Positions 37,170 to 51,514 are shown, counted from the first letter of the stretch. The stretch is 64,000 bases of DNA from Chara braunii (GCA_003427395.1 BFEA01000001.1:11188717-11252716); one strand, 5' to 3'. A program made the numbers and translations. Notes: generated from the letters alone by a model not told the origin.

Positions 37170-37805
37170 AACCCTAGTAACCCAAAACCCAAACCCACGA
37201 CCTCTAGTAACCCAAACCCACGCCCACTAGTAACCCTAGTAACCCAAAACCCAAACCCACGANNNNNNNNNNNNNNNNNNNNNNNNNNNNNNNNNNNNNN
37301 NNNNNNNNNNNNNNNNNNNNNNNNNNNNNNNNNNNNNNNNNNNNNNNNNNNNNNNNNNNNNNNNNNNNNNNNNNNNNNNNNNNNNNNNNNNNNNNNNNNN
37401 NNNNNNNNNNNNNNNNNNNNNNNNNNNNNNNNNNNNNNNNNNNNNNNNNNNNNNNNNNNNNNNNNNNNNNNNNNNNNNNNNNNNNNNNNNNNNNNNNNNN
37501 NNNNNNNNNNNNNNNNNNNNNNNNNNNNNNNNNNNNNNNNNNNNNNNNNNNNNNNNNCCACGCCCACTAGTAACCCTAGTAACCCAAAACCCAAACCCAC
37601 GACCTCTAGTAACCCAAACCCACGCCCACTAGTAACCCAAACCCACGCCCACCAGTAACCCAAACCCACGCCCACTAGTAACCCTAGTAACCCAAAACCC
37701 AAACCCACGACCTCTAGTAACCCATAACCCAAAACCCAAACCCACGACCTCTAGTAACCCAAACCCACGCCCTCTAGTACCCAAACCCACGACCTCTAGT
37801 ACCCT
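37170..37805. repeat. C/A-rich satellite (about 62-bp unit with subrepeats), spans a gap
   Basis: aaccctagtaacccaaaacccaaacccacgacctctagtaacccaaacccacgcccactagt repeated. Confidence 0.88.
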
Positions 37806-38380
37806 CTTACCCCGAGATCAGTAACAGTACACCCTAATCATACAAAAGTGTACTATGCAGTCATGATGAGGGATGAGGAGGGTGCATTTCATGTGGGACA
37901 AGACGGTAGGCTCTCTGTGATGGACGAGTTCATTTCACGCTTACACAAAATTAAGCAAAAACGGGCCGAAATGACCTCAAAAACATCAGGGGCACTGGCA
38001 CTCAAGAGCGAAAGAGGGATAATTTGCTGAACCACCTCGAAAAAAAACAATGCGGTTGAATTTAAGAAGAAAGTTCAAGAAACCCACCCACAGCAAGCAA
38101 TATACCTAGAGCTCCTTGTAGATGTGGTATGCACGGCTGCCTTACGGCCCCCCCCTTGGAAGCCCGGCGGTCCATAGAAGCTTGGGTCCGGGGGGTATTT
38201 GTTCTTTTTTTCGGGTTGTCTGCATTTTTTTGAGGGCTTATTTTCGGTTGAGTTCTCAGTTGTTTGTCTGTTCTCAGTCCTTTGTCTGTCCACATTTTGT
38301 CAGGTCTGGGTACGTCATTTCAGTTCGTTGACTCATCCAGGTTTTTCAGTCTGGATGTACCGATTCAGCATTCCCGGCCC

Positions 38381-38493
38381 GTCCAGGCCCAGCGGCCGTT
38401 TTTCAGGCCTGGCACGTTTTCCTTTTTGGGGCCAATTCAGCCACCCATCCAAAAAGGAAAACGTGCCAGGCCTGAAAAACGGCCGCTGGGCCT

Positions 38494-38497
<4 letters not shown>
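38381..38497. repeat. Perfect 49-bp inverted repeat with 19-bp spacer (young MITE-like hairpin)
   Basis: 38381-38429 is the exact reverse complement of 38449-38497. Confidence 0.9.
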
Positions 38498-38571
<74 letters not shown>

Positions 38572-38574
38572 GAC

Positions 38575-39230
38575 CCGTCCTGTCCATTCTGTAGGGGTGG
38601 CCACGTACCATAGGCAACGTCCCGCTGCTCCTCAACTCAAAATCTTATGCAACCCAAACACTAACTACCCTTATGTGCCATTCGAGAGTAATATGTTCCA
38701 GCGGTGAGTGTTTAGAGTTCTGTGAAGTTCATCATACCCCTCTCCCCTCTCCCCTGCCCTTTGCATGTCATACTCTACCCTGCCCTTCTCATATTTGTCT
38801 CCTGCCCTTTGCTCTCCACCTCCCCCTACCCCACACTCCAAACGAACTCCGCCTTCTATCCCTTTCCCTCCACCCTCCCCTCCACCCTCCCCTCCAGTGC
38901 CTCCACCCTCCCCTCTTGTGCTACTTGCAAAAAGATATGAATGAGCATCATTTAAGAGAACAGAGGATATGAAGATCAGAAGTGAAATAAATAGGAGTAC
39001 GAAGATCTGAAGAGAAATACACAGGAGCATACCTTCCCTTTTACTCTGCCTCCTGTTATAACGTGCAAGTGGGCCGTTAAGCCACACGGGGATATGGGCA
39101 GCTGCCGCTCAACCACAATCAATGTGGGCAGCCTTGTATGTGTGAGGCATAGTAAAAGAGGAGCTGTTGCCCCAAATAAACCCCAACTAAACACAGTTCT
39201 AAATGGTGTTGCTTGCTAAAGACGTGAATT
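38575..39230 (+). mobile_element. Third piece of the Josephin/RING family
   Basis: Homologous to the reverse complement of about 2770-3255 (e.g. ctgtaggggtggcca..ccataggcaa..gctgctcctcaact..aaatcttatgcaacccaaa; gctcaaccacaatc). Lies between (CA)n tracts at 38497 and 39309. Confidence 0.7.
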
Positions 39231-39306
39231 CTTTACTTGTTGGTCTGGCTCACAACTCGAATGTACTTGTCTGGGTGGAATAGGGGTTGTTGAGGGGGAA
39301 ATTTAC

Positions 39307-39387
<81 letters not shown>

Positions 39388-41151
39388 CTTTATGTATATC
39401 TAACATTGTCTATTTCTTTTTCTGTGCATATACGTGAGCACCTCAAAGAAGTGCTAAATAGTGGTGGAGGGTTGTTTGGAGTGCCTGCAACACTATTAGG
39501 GGGGGCGCTCAGTTCAGGATGCCTGTGGGTTTAGTTCCATGGGTGATGACAGGCGTTCATCAGAGTGGTTCGCTGGCTCAGAAGTTGGTGGGAACCAACA
39601 GTCTGAGGGGTTCTACTTGTGCTGTCAGGAGGTGATGGATTGCTTTGGTCCATGTTGGATGTGTGGACTGCCTTGTCTGTGCTCCTCCGCTGCCTTGCCG
39701 CCCACCCGCTTGCCATGTCATTCCCTGCAGCTCGTCTGTTTGCCGTGTAGTTCAGAGGCCTTGTGCTTTGGGCCTCGCTTCCTTGCTGCCTTGCTGCCCA
39801 TCCATGTGCCTTGTCTCTCCGTGTGTTTTTCTTGTGTGCCGTGTAGTTTGCCCGCTTTTGCAGTGCTGCCTTGTGCTACGCTGTGCTGTTGCCTTGCTCC
39901 CGATCCCCTCGTGCAGTTGTTCCATGCAGTTGGCATTGGCACTGCGTAGTCAGGCTGCCCCGTTAGCCTTGCCTGGTGCTTTGCTGAGTGGTTGCCTTGC
40001 TGCCATGTTCTGCTTGTGGTGTTATCTGCGGGCCGTCCCCCTTTCAACAGGGGTTAAAACTTGAAAGAGGCAATGGCTGAAAGCACCAATATGCAGATTC
40101 CATAAACTGTCAAGTGTTCAGCCTCCTGATAAGTCGGTGCAAATCCGGCGGAATAGTTGGTCATTGTCATTGCTATTTTTTGTGCTTCTCGCTATCATCA
40201 TTATTTTTTCCCTGTGCTTTTCGTGTTTTTCGGTCTTGCACTAGTATGTTTTCTGTCGCGTCACTTGGGTCTGAAATAGCACTATGTCAAAATGGTTGTA
40301 TCACTCCAAGGGTTGTCTTTGACTTTACTCACTCAGATGCTTGTTTTCCCTCTGTGACATTGTGTCGGTAAGGTGCACAGTTTCTGTCCCGAGGCTAACG
40401 CATATCACATCTGTACACTCACACATGCACGGTCACCTGCCCACACACACTAGCCCACCCGCCCACACACACTAGCTCACCCGCCCACCCACCCATCCAT
40501 GTATGGCCCCCACCCTTGTGCATACTCACCCCCCATCTATGCATAGTAGCATACCCATCCACACATGCCCACCCCCCCATCCATGGATGCCCCCCACCCT
40601 TATGCATGCTCACCCCCCATCCATGCATGCCCAACCGCCCTTAGCGCAACCCCCCTCCCTCCACACCAACCCACGCACCCCTCCCCCCACCAGCCAAGGT
40701 GGACCACGGATCTATGGTTGTTGTCAACAACGGGTTCTTTCCCCCCCAATAGTCCCTTGTCCGCCAATTTCCCTCAATGGACACCGCCAACTAGAACGAC
40801 AAATGCTATAGCCAACAGCCAACTGGAAGGATCAATGCTTCACTCGGTGTTTCCCCTCAATGCTCCCTGGTCCACCAACTGGAACGACCGATGCTTCACT
40901 TGGGTGTTGTCCCTCTCGTGGTCTGTGAACTGCAAGAAGGCATATGCGCTGCATTGCAGACAGGTGGCAACAAGTTGTAGCATGATGGTTCCAGTCCCAG
41001 GGAGTGAACTGGTCCCAGGTCTTCAATGGTGTGTTCCCATTTATTGTCCCATTCAGTTTGTTCTACCTGCAGTGAGCTGTCACCAGGCATATGAAAAGCA
41101 TCATGCAAGAGTCAACGAGAAGAGAGATCATCTTCAGTCACAAGGCTTGTT

Positions 41152-41184
<33 letters not shown>

Positions 41185-42639
41185 CTTCTTTTTTTTTTTT
41201 TTTTTTTCAATAGTCACAAGCCCTGTTCCTACCACATTACAATTGCCTGATCCCAACGGGTCCGTCCCAGAGGACAAACGTGTGATTGGGAGCCGGGACA
41301 GCTACCACAAAGGAACATAACGGAATATGAGATCATACAATGGACAGACGAAGTTCGACTTGTTCAAAACATACACGGGACCTGCAAGATGGAGCACGTA
41401 TGGAATCAGCCCCAAACTCACACTACAAACAGATAAGCAGTGTGACCACTAGAAAAGCATAGTTGCTTGCTACCGAGAACTCGTGCTCCACAGATAAGGA
41501 GGCACAGAGAGTGAGGGTCTTAAACCACCAGTACATCCAAAAAAGGAGATTGAGCCTCTCCTGAAAAAAATAGGAGGCCATGAACCGCCGATTCATTTTA
41601 TCGACGGTCCATGGCCTTAGGAGAGGCTCAATCTGCTTTTTCGGATGTACCGGTGGTTTATACCACCAGTACACGCCATACATCGGCCTTGGGCCCCTTC
41701 CGGAGGCCGAAACGCGACAAAGGCCACTGATGTAATTTATCAAAGGCAGCCCGGCCCCGACTTTTCCAGATGGGCGACGTGTTTCTTTTCAGCAAGGCTG
41801 GAGCCGTGCTTTGAGCCTAGATGCTTGCAGTGGGAGGAAGGGAGTTTCTCCCCCAAAGACACAGGGGTAGGGTTTGAGGGGTGTGAGGTAAGTAGCTTGG
41901 TTGAGGAAGAAGGGATGGGAGGCTGCTTCTTATTGGATTAGGATTCGGCCCATGCATGGCTTGGCTGTCTTATAATTCGAACTCTACTGCAAATCTTCTG
42001 ATAACTTTTCGTTGATGATTTCAATTCATGGTTCGTGATCTTCTTGATAAAAGGATTCCAATGATGTGACATATCAGAATTTCAATTGAGAGTTTCACGT
42101 TTTGTTGTATGCTCTTTCTCCTGATTTCTCTTGAGTTGTGGTCGCTTTCCTGGAAGTTTTTCAGAGGTTGGTTTTTGAATGATTTCGTTTTAAGAATTGT
42201 GATTAGTTTAACATCTGATTCATGACATCTTAGGTGTTTTTTGGATGAAATTGATCCCTAATCCGAAATTCGTATTTTCTATTCTGAGCAAGATCTTTCA
42301 TTTGAAATTCGTATTTTCTTTGGATGAAATTGATCCCTAATCTGAAATTCGTTTTTTCTATTATGAGCAAGATCTTTAATCTAAAATTCCAAATTCGTAT
42401 TTTCTTAGCAAGATTCCTAATCTGAAATTCGTAAATCAGAGTTCTGCTCTGATTCCAATGAATGATTACTCAATTTTGATTTACGAAGGGTAACAATCTG
42501 ATTTTTTCAAAGTGGAATTGATGTCCTATGTTTACCCATCTCTGATCTAATTCAAAATCTGATGGAGGTTTTCGAAAGTTGTAGTTCAGCTTTGTTAGGA
42601 GATGGTCTTGCAAACAAAAGGGGGAAGGTCGAATTAGAG

Positions 42640-44661
42640 GCAGGTGGGAAGTGGGGGGGGTCACTCAGAGGAGGGATCGGCGGTTCAGGGCGGTAAGTCT
42701 ATCATCAGAAGGGTGGGGTGGGACGACATTGGCCGGTGCTGGAGCATTCGCTATGTGACCAGGGGGAGCTTGAGGCCATTGAAGTTATGCCGAGGATGGA
42801 AGGCACAACCATCTCGCCCGGCGTAGTTGTTGCTGGGGCGATGACCCTGTAACCTTTTAAGGGGCTTTACAGTTAAAGGGAGTTGTCGAGGGGGAAGACA
42901 CTCTCTGTCAGTCAGAAACAATTAGGTCGGTGCTGGGGCAGTTTGTATTGCCTTGTAACCCTAGCAGGGGGGTATGAGATCTGATGATTTCTGGTATAAG
43001 GATTGAAAGCCTGGGCTGTGTGTCCTTCATCTATGGTGAGGGAAGGAGATGGATTGTTAGTGGTTCTTGTTCTTGTCCTTCTTCCTTTTGGTTTTCTTAA
43101 ATGGGAAGGTGAAAGTCGAAAGTATGGTTTGGAGGAATTTTGGGTGGGCTTGTGCAGTAGAGGAAGGGTTGCTCAGGGTAGTAAGTCTACTAGAAGGGCG
43201 GGATGGGGCGCCTTTGGCCAGTGCTGGAGCAGTGGCTCTGTGACCAAGAGGAGCTTGAGGCCATTGGAGTTATGCCGAGGGTGGAAGGCATAACTACCTC
43301 TTTCAACGTAGCTGATGTCGGGGCGGTGACCCTGTAACCCGCTAGGGGGTTTGCAGCTAAGGAAGTAGTAGAGGGAGGAAGACATTCCCTGTCCGTAAAA
43401 AAACAGTCAGTTCAGTGTTGGGGCTGTTTGTGTTGCCTTGTAACCCTAGCTAGGAGGGTGTGAGAACTAGCGATTTCTGGTACAAGGACTGAAAGCCTGA
43501 GCTGCGGTTTCTCGTCTGCAGCGAGGGTCTGAGTTGGATTGTTGGTGGCTCTATTCCTGATTTTTGTCTTTCTATTTTTCATAGTTTTTTTATATGCTTG
43601 AAAAAACGTTGGCTGTTTGGTGGCCTTAAGAATGTTTTAGGACTCGGGGATTCCTAGCAACTCATCTTAGGTGGCTTCGATGTTGTAATACTCAGTGATC
43701 TGCGGTTGTTCGATGCCAGAACGACGCTGCTCGGTGCTGGGGTGTTGCCCTGTAATCTGCTGATGCAGAAGCGTGAGGCCTGGTAGAGAGATCTGGGGAT
43801 GCTTTGGGGTGGGCATTCCACGGGACAACCAAGGGTTGCTGCTGGGGCGCCGCTGGTCAGAGCTGGGGTGAGTTGTGTTGCCCTGTAACCCAACAGGATG
43901 TGGGGGTGTGAGGCGTGGAAGAGCTCGGCAGGGAGTAAGACAATGTTGGAGAACTTTGGAATGTTTTGCTAGGGATTTCGAGGGTTTTGGAGCATTTGCA
44001 GGACCTCTACGGTCTACTTCCATACTTCCTTAATTACTGTAAGTGTTCTCAGATGTTTTCTCAGCCGAAGCCAGGTAATGGCCCCGATATCGCAAAAAAG
44101 AGATCAAGGCGAGTGAGAGAAGGATATCACGCATCCTACTAGTGAGGGGGTTAGCTGGTAGGATGGGAATAGGGTATAGCAACAGCAGAGATGGTGGCGC
44201 TGCTGCAGTAAGCCTTGCCGGAGTGGGGTACAGGGGATTGTTTGGTGGTGTCTGAGTCTTTTTCCGAATTGTGCATACGATTTTCTCCAAAAAACAAAAA
44301 AGGGTGTGTGGGGTCTTCAAAAACAGAGATGGTGGGATATCAAGCGTCCTACTATAAAGGGGCTAGCTGGTAGGATGGAAATAGGGTACAGCAGCAGCGG
44401 AGATGGTGGCTCTGCTGCAGTAAGTCTTGTCGGAGCGAGATCAAGAGGATGGATGGGGGGTTCCTGAGTCGGTTCCTGAATTTTGTCTAATTCCGAAGTC
44501 TGTCGTAGTAATTTCCTAAGTAGCCCCAATTTTTCTTAGCCAAACCTGGTAATGGCCCCGGTATCTCAACTTTCAAAGTCTTATGTGAATTTTCATATGG
44601 GACGGTGGGCCCGGTTCCCAGCACGTGCTGCTCCCCACGAATAGATTGGAGCCTTGTTCCC

Positions 44662-44718
<57 letters not shown>
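42640..44718 (+). mobile_element. Second copy of the long non-coding poly(A)-tailed retroposon
   Basis: Internal duplications 42670-43015/43150-43500 and 44130-44230/44335-44430; tail at 44535-44664; poly(A) 44665-44718. Confidence 0.7.
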
Positions 44719-44721
<3 letters not shown>

Positions 44722-46939
44722 TGGCTTGTTAACAGGCACGACTTTAGGAAGTATACTGGTGGTTTAAGGAGCCATTTAGAATGTTCGTCCTGAAGAGAGC
44801 CTGAGAAACCAGCATGTAAGGAGGGTAAGGAGCTCCTCTAAGGACTGATCTTTCCAAGGAGCGTGAGGAACATGACTCTTCACGAGGAGGTCTCAGTCTT
44901 AGAGTCATCGTGCTTTACAGATCATTGGGCTAGGCCTTCATTCCAGGGATGATAACAGCACCCCAGAATTTAAGCCTAGCACTGGTAGGGAGCCATATGT
45001 CTAAGGAGCGTAAACCACCAGTACTTGGACCAGCTATCGGCCGTGGAAAAAAATCTAGTCGGACGAATTTGGTCTCTTCTGTAGTGACCCGTACATTTCC
45101 TAAAATCGTGGCTTGTTAACAGGCTTGACTTTAGGAAGTACCGGTGGTTTAAGATCCTTAGAGGGAGACGGCTAAGGAAGATCTCCTTAGGAGCAGACAT
45201 CGAGAATGTAAGAAACTGGGCAAAACTCGAACTCCACAGACAAGGAGCCACCGAGAGAGCTTAAGGAGCAACTGTGATAAGGAGCATAAGATCCTTAAAC
45301 AAAGACAGATAAGGAAGATCTCCTTAGGGGCAGACAAGTCCTCTAAGATTGAGCATGGAAGCAACTGGCCAAAGCGAGCTCCATGAATAAGGAGCCATGG
45401 CGATTCCTCGACGGAGCCTAACATCCTTAGAGGAAGACAACATGCTTAAGGAGCCATTGCGATTCCTCGACGGAGCCTAACATTCTTAGAGGAAGACAAC
45501 ATGCTTAGAGGAAGACGCGTGAGGAAGACGTCCCTAGAGGTAGACAGGTCCTCTAAGATTGAGCATGTAAGAGACTAGCCAAAGCCCAAGCTGCACAGAT
45601 AAGGAACCACTAAGATTGCTGAGGGAGCCATGGCAAGTGCACGTGGTGAGGAGCCACTGGGAGTGATCGCGACAAAGAACCATGGAAGGAACGCGTGTAT
45701 AACCACCAGCATATGCCAGCCATTGGCCGCGGGCCCCTTTTGGAGGCCGCCCACGCCCACCGTCAATTGATTATATCAACAGTGCACGAGCCTCCGTAAT
45801 TTTAGGAGAGGCTCCATCGGACTCTCAACTTGGCTGGGGCCATGTACTTGTTGTGCTTTAAGCCACCAGTACTTGGCCCAGCTATCGGCTGCGGAAAAAA
45901 ATTATAGTAGAAACGTTTCTAGTTGGATGCATTTGGGCGCTCCTGTAGTGGCCCGTACGTTTCCTAAAATCGTGGCGGGCACGACTTTAGGAAGTACTTG
46001 TTGTGCTTTCAGGAGTGATTGCAAGTGACTGTAGTGGTCAGGGTGGCAGAGTTGCAGTGCTGCATCACAATCTAAAGGCTACCAATAGTCTGCCCTGTCA
46101 CACTCTAAACTTAGACCGACCGCCAGTACCTTTCCCATATGTAGGCCACGGGCCCTGCGCGCCAAGCATTTGGGATGTATCTGGCCGGAGGCACGTGTCC
46201 CCGGGGCCGGCCTCCAGGTTAACCGGCGGGCAGTTTTTCTTGCCTGGGAAAGGCACTGGCATTTTATTGAGGCTCCATCCACCCACACATCCCTTACCCT
46301 TACTACCCTGCATGGTCATTATGTTTGCCAGATCCACAACAATTCGAGCTCATGTTCTGTTTTTTAACTAACAGTGACGTGTGTATACCGTCCAGCCACA
46401 CTGCTTGACCAAGTCCATGTGGCACCGGGCATCATTAGCCAAACAAAAAAAAGCAACTCTAAATGCGGCTGAGTCGATCGTGAAATCTTCCCTACATACA
46501 GTTACCTGTATCTATAATGACCATGCGCTAGCCAGCCCTTATTGCTGAATGTTATACACATGTAACCGTCACGGTTCATCAGTAAACAGAGCTCAAACCC
46601 TGCGAGTCTCACGGACATGAACGCTGGTGCAACTGCTAAATGCCATCAGACAAACATCTCCCCCAGACTATCACCAGACCAATCTGCGGCGTACTCAGAC
46701 CGAAGCTAGGCCACTACTACTCGAGACATAAGGGCCCGAGCGACAGGCACTAAAAGGGTCTTAGCATCTCAACCAGATAATCACTGCCGAATCCAAACTA
46801 CTCTCGGATGCCATAGTCAAGACAATGCATCCCAGCCAAACGGCAAAAAAGGGAAATGTGATGGCTCTATAATAGTCTAGTCTATATGGCAACACCCTAT
46901 GGCAGCCAAGATGTAAAGGAGATGAACGGCCCCCCTGAC

Positions 46940-48075
46940 CAAGCCTGACCAAGAATCGGAACCACAGTGATGACCAAGGGACCACCGGACCAGGAGTCCC
47001 AACAAAGGTGATGGCCAGGATGACCACCGGACAAAGAGTCCCAACAAAGGTGATGGCCAGGATGACCACCGGACAAAGAGTCCCAACAAAGGTGATGGCC
47101 AGGTTGTCCACCAAGTCCCTTCAGCTGTGCATTAAGTCCAGCTATAGGCTGGGCCTATTTGGCTACGTCTGTTCACACTGTGGGACCAGGCCGTGGGCCT
47201 GATCTCACAGGCCGTGGGTTTGTCCAGTCCCGTAAGCACGTCCAGTACAAGTCCCCCGGGGTACAGTGTGAGTCTATGGTGTGTGCTATGTGCCGTCCCC
47301 AGCTGCAGTCTGTCATTTTATTCATTCTTCATTCATTCTTCATTGTGAGCCGTGGAGTACAGCGTGAGTGTATGGTGTGTGCTACTTGCCGTCGCCTCCA
47401 TGCTTAATCAGCATTCCAACTCCACCTAGCATCATCCACCATCTCTCCCTCTTTCTTTCCCGCAGGACGGGATCCGCCATCTCTGCAGATCCCTGTTCAC
47501 ACTGGATCAAACATAGGAACAAATGTGATGGCCAAGGGACCAGCAGACCAGGAAGGCAGATATGTGATGGCCAAGGAACGAGCAGACCAGGGGCTAGGTC
47601 CCACTTGCACGAATTAAGAGATACTGACCGTCGATAGCAAAGATCAACGGCCGAGATCTCCTAATTTGCGCAAGTGGGACCTTGCCCCAGGAATGCGGAT
47701 AAAAGTGATGGCCAAGGGACCAGCGCACCAGGAATGCGGATAAAAGTGATGGCCAACGGACCGGACCCAGAGTGGAAACCAATATGACGGCCAAGGGACC
47801 AGCAGACCAGGAATGGGAATAAATGCGATGGCCAAGGGGGACGAGCGGACCCAGAGAGGAAACCGATATGACGGCCAAGGGACCAGCAGGACCAGGATTG
47901 GAAATAAATGCCATGGCCAAGGGACCAGCGGACCCAGAGAGGAAACCGATATGACGGCCAAGGGACCAGCAGGACCAGGATTGGGAATAAATGCGATGGC
48001 CAAAGGACCAGCGGACCGGGGATGGGAACAACTGTGATGACCAAGGGACCACCGGACCAAGAATCGGAACCAATG
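46940..48075. repeat. About 39-40-bp minisatellite in two blocks
   Basis: Recurring gatggccaagggaccagc.gacc core at 46965-47105 and 47525-48070. Confidence 0.85.
47591..47687. mobile_element. Foldback Harbinger-type MITE with CAG target duplication, inserted in a minisatellite
   Basis: CAG-GGGCTAGGTCCCACTTGC...GCAAGTGGGACCTTGCCC-CAG; removing it restores the gaccaggaatg repeat unit. Confidence 0.82.
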
Positions 48076-49173
48076 TGATCTGCAAGGTGTGGGCAAACAG
48101 GACAGGCCAACACAAAGAACGCATGCGGGGCTGGATGGACGGACAAGGTGAGAGCTACATTCCTCCCCTAGATGAGCTTCATCACGGGAATGCACGCAGG
48201 TTGAGGCAGAGGACATTTAGCGGTCTCCCCGCCGGCGACTGCTATTACTATATATCTTTCTCGATGCTTCGCCATTCCTGCAAAATAGAGCTCTGATGCC
48301 GCATCTGATCACATGATCCCGACCGTACGATGCGGTCACGTACGACCTCAACCTCCCCGCTCAATCTACGCCCTACGGCATCCATCTCTCTTTGTCGTTC
48401 GGCCTTCCGTATCCTTACGATAGAACTACCCTTGCCTCTCTCTCACCCCTTTGCCTATGGCACACTGCTCTGCCTTTTGCACTCCGCCTCCAGCTGGTGC
48501 AGCCTACCCCTCAATGCCTCAGCGCCTGACTACCCCTGTACTCCCAATGCCAGCTAAACCTCGATCTCATTACAACCTGCATTCTCTCCTCTAATCTCCA
48601 TCGGCCGAGAAGAATCGACTACCCAGCCAATACTAGGCAGAGGAGAGGGCCAGCACTGCAGGCAGTGCAGGGGAGGCCATGACTTAGCGCAGGAAGTGCA
48701 AGCGGAAGTAACGGGACGCCGATAGGCGAAGGGGCCAATGACCCCAGCTGGCCAGTCAGCTACGAACCACACAAAACTACCCAATCAAAATCAAGAGCAA
48801 ACGGACAAATGAACTCTCCACACCCGACCTCACCCTTCCTGACACCAGCTCAATGGAAGAATCGAGCTTTTTTTCGATCGGCGCCGATTCCAAGACTCAG
48901 TGCGCGTGACCGGGATGGCATGCTCCACGTCAATAACAAAAAATAAGAGAAAGACACAGAGAAAATGGGAGGGAAGGGAGAGGCAGGAAGAGAAGCCCAA
49001 ATCAATTGGGTCATGCAATGTGGCCCCATCCCCAATTGGCGCGATATGTAAGACGGAGGAGTCCTCCTCGGCTCACAGTCCGCCAGCATCTACCGAAAGT
49101 CCACCTGGCGTTATATCAGCCAGGAAGGTGAAGAAGAAGAGGAGTCATAGCAAACAGGGATCGCATTCAACCT

Positions 49174-49220
<47 letters not shown>

Positions 49221-49962
49221 TAACTAACCAATCACTTAATCCACCAAGCAACCAATCAAGCACGCTTTCCTGCGCACTAAACTGACGAGGGGCTTCGGGC
49301 TTCCCGCCACTATCTTAAGACTGCAAGTCAATACATAATCGAGACAGGCGAAGTAGCAGATCTAACGCCATAGCCTGTTACCATTTCTCTTTGTACTGCA
49401 GTGGAATGTTCCTCGTGCATCCGCAGTCTGCCCGTTACGCTGGCCAAGATGGACTCAGCTTGTAGATCTTTGCTGCGCAGCATTCACGGAAGGAAAGAGC
49501 GGTACGGGGAGGGAGGGGGGAGAGGGACAGGCTCCTAGACACAGAGAGAAGAGAGAATGAGAGCAGGAGAGAGAACGAGAGATGGCGGGAGAGGAGGATT
49601 CCACTAGCGTCTTGACCGACTCCTCGGCACTCCGTAGGCCGCGCCACGTGGCGTGCACGTAACTGGACAACATCGCATGTACTGGGTTCCCCTCCCTCTC
49701 AACCGAACAACTCAATATCCTCATTTTCACTCCCTTTCGCACATCCATTCGCCGACCGGCTTGCGTATTTGAGGGCTCGCTACTCGCACGTTCCGCCCCG
49801 CATACGTTCGCTCCTCCGCCGACCACCTGACCGCCCACCAAAACCCCCCTTTCGTTCGCCCCGGAAACGTGGCTGGGCGGTAACAGGAATGGACGCCCAG
49901 GTTCGTGACACCCCCCCTTGTCTCCGCCGCCTGCATGTGCACACCCGCGTGAGACAGACAGG

Positions 49963-50003
<41 letters not shown>

Positions 50004-50683
50004 NNNNNNNNNNNNNNNNNNNNNNNNNNNNNNNNNNNNNNNNNNNNNNNNNNNNNNNNNNNNNNNNNNNNNNNNNNNNNNNNNNNNNNNNNNNNNNNNN
50101 NNNNNNNNNNNNNNNNNNNNNNNNNNNNNNNNNNNNNNNNNNNNNNNNNNNNNNNNNNNNNNNNNNNNNNNNNNNNNNNNNNNNNNNNNNNNNNNNNNNN
50201 NNNNNNNNNNNNNNNNNNNNNNNNNNNNNNNNNNNNNNNNNNNNNNNNNNNNNNNNNNNNNNNNNNNNNNNNNNNNNNNNNNNNNNNNNNNNNNNNNNNN
50301 NNNNNNNNNNNNNNNNNNNNNNNNNNNNNNNNNNNNNNNNNNNNNNNNNNNNNNNNNNNNNNNNNNNNNNNNNNNNNNNNNNNNNNNNNNNNNNNNNNNN
50401 NNNNNNNNNNNNNNNNNNNNNNNNNNNNNNNNNNNNNNNNNNNNNNNNNNNNNNNNNNNNNNNNNNNNNNNNNNNNNNNNNNNNNNNNNNNNNNNNNNNN
50501 NNNNNNNNNNNNNNNNNNNNNNNNNNNNNNNNNNNNNNNNNNNNNNNNNNNNNNNNNNNNNNNNNNNNNNNNNNNNNNNNNNNNNNNNNNNNNNNNNNNN
50601 NNNNNNNNNNNNNNNNNNNNNNNNNNNNNNNNNNNNNNNNNNNNNNNNNNNNNNNNNNNNNNNNNNNNNNNNNNNNNNNNNNN

Positions 50684-50729
<46 letters not shown>

Positions 50730-51044
50730 TGGCTGCTCTGCCTCCACGAACACCTTGCTCTGAGTCAAGGTGCCGGGCAGATTACCCCAGGTCCATCCCG
50801 ATCTATGTGAGCAACGGCACCTTGTAGCCAGGCGTGTTACCTGAAGGTTTATTTCCACGTGACGCGCAGGTAGCTACCTCGATAAACCGATCGATATAAT
50901 TTTTCCCTGCAAAATAATACATAATCAAACAACCTGGGGAAAACTGCGAAGTGAACCTGTTTTTGCATTTACTTCCTTCATGCCCCTGCGTTTCCTGATG
51001 TCCTGTTGACAAATTTGCATTTGTACCCCTTTAAAGAGGGGATC

Positions 51045-51376
51045 GGATCCAGCGGCCTAGCTCAGTTGGCAAGGCAGGCAAGTGGCATTTTGGACATCTT
51101 CGGTTCAATCCCCATCGGCCTCATGTACCTTTCTGGCCAAGCTTGTGCCCGCCAGTGGCCGTTGGTCCACCCAAGCCGCGTTGAGCAGAGACTGCCAACG
51201 CTCCTAAGGGGAGGGGACCGGAGGGGAGGCACAGAGGCTGGCCCATCGAAGAACCTCGTTCCTGATGCTACTGGCTGACCCCTGGCCGTATTGCCCACCT
51301 GCTGCTGGGTGCAGCTCCTGCATGACCCCTCGTTGGAGGCTTGAGCATGGATGTGGCTGCTACGGGGCTCCCCTTA
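51045..51376 (+). mobile_element. tRNA-derived SINE
   Basis: A box TAGCTCAGTTGG (51058), B box GGTTCAATCCC (51102), followed by about 250 bp of non-tRNA body shared with the next copy. Confidence 0.78.
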
Positions 51377-51514
51377 TACTACAATCACAAACACACGGTT
51401 AACGGGGGACCAAAAATTTACGGTTTTCGCCAACAATTTCAGTGCAAAATTCAGCAAAAAATTCATAAACAAATTATATGGGCCCAATAGTGCAAATATC
51501 AAAATAACAAATAT

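Noticed and set aside
49282-49320. Other CTGANGA sites as hammerheads (also 56141, 56835)
   Set aside because: No stem II followed by GAAA.
51051-51125. Functional tRNA gene
   Set aside because: Acceptor and anticodon stems pair poorly, and homology to a second copy extends far beyond the tRNA part, so it is a SINE.
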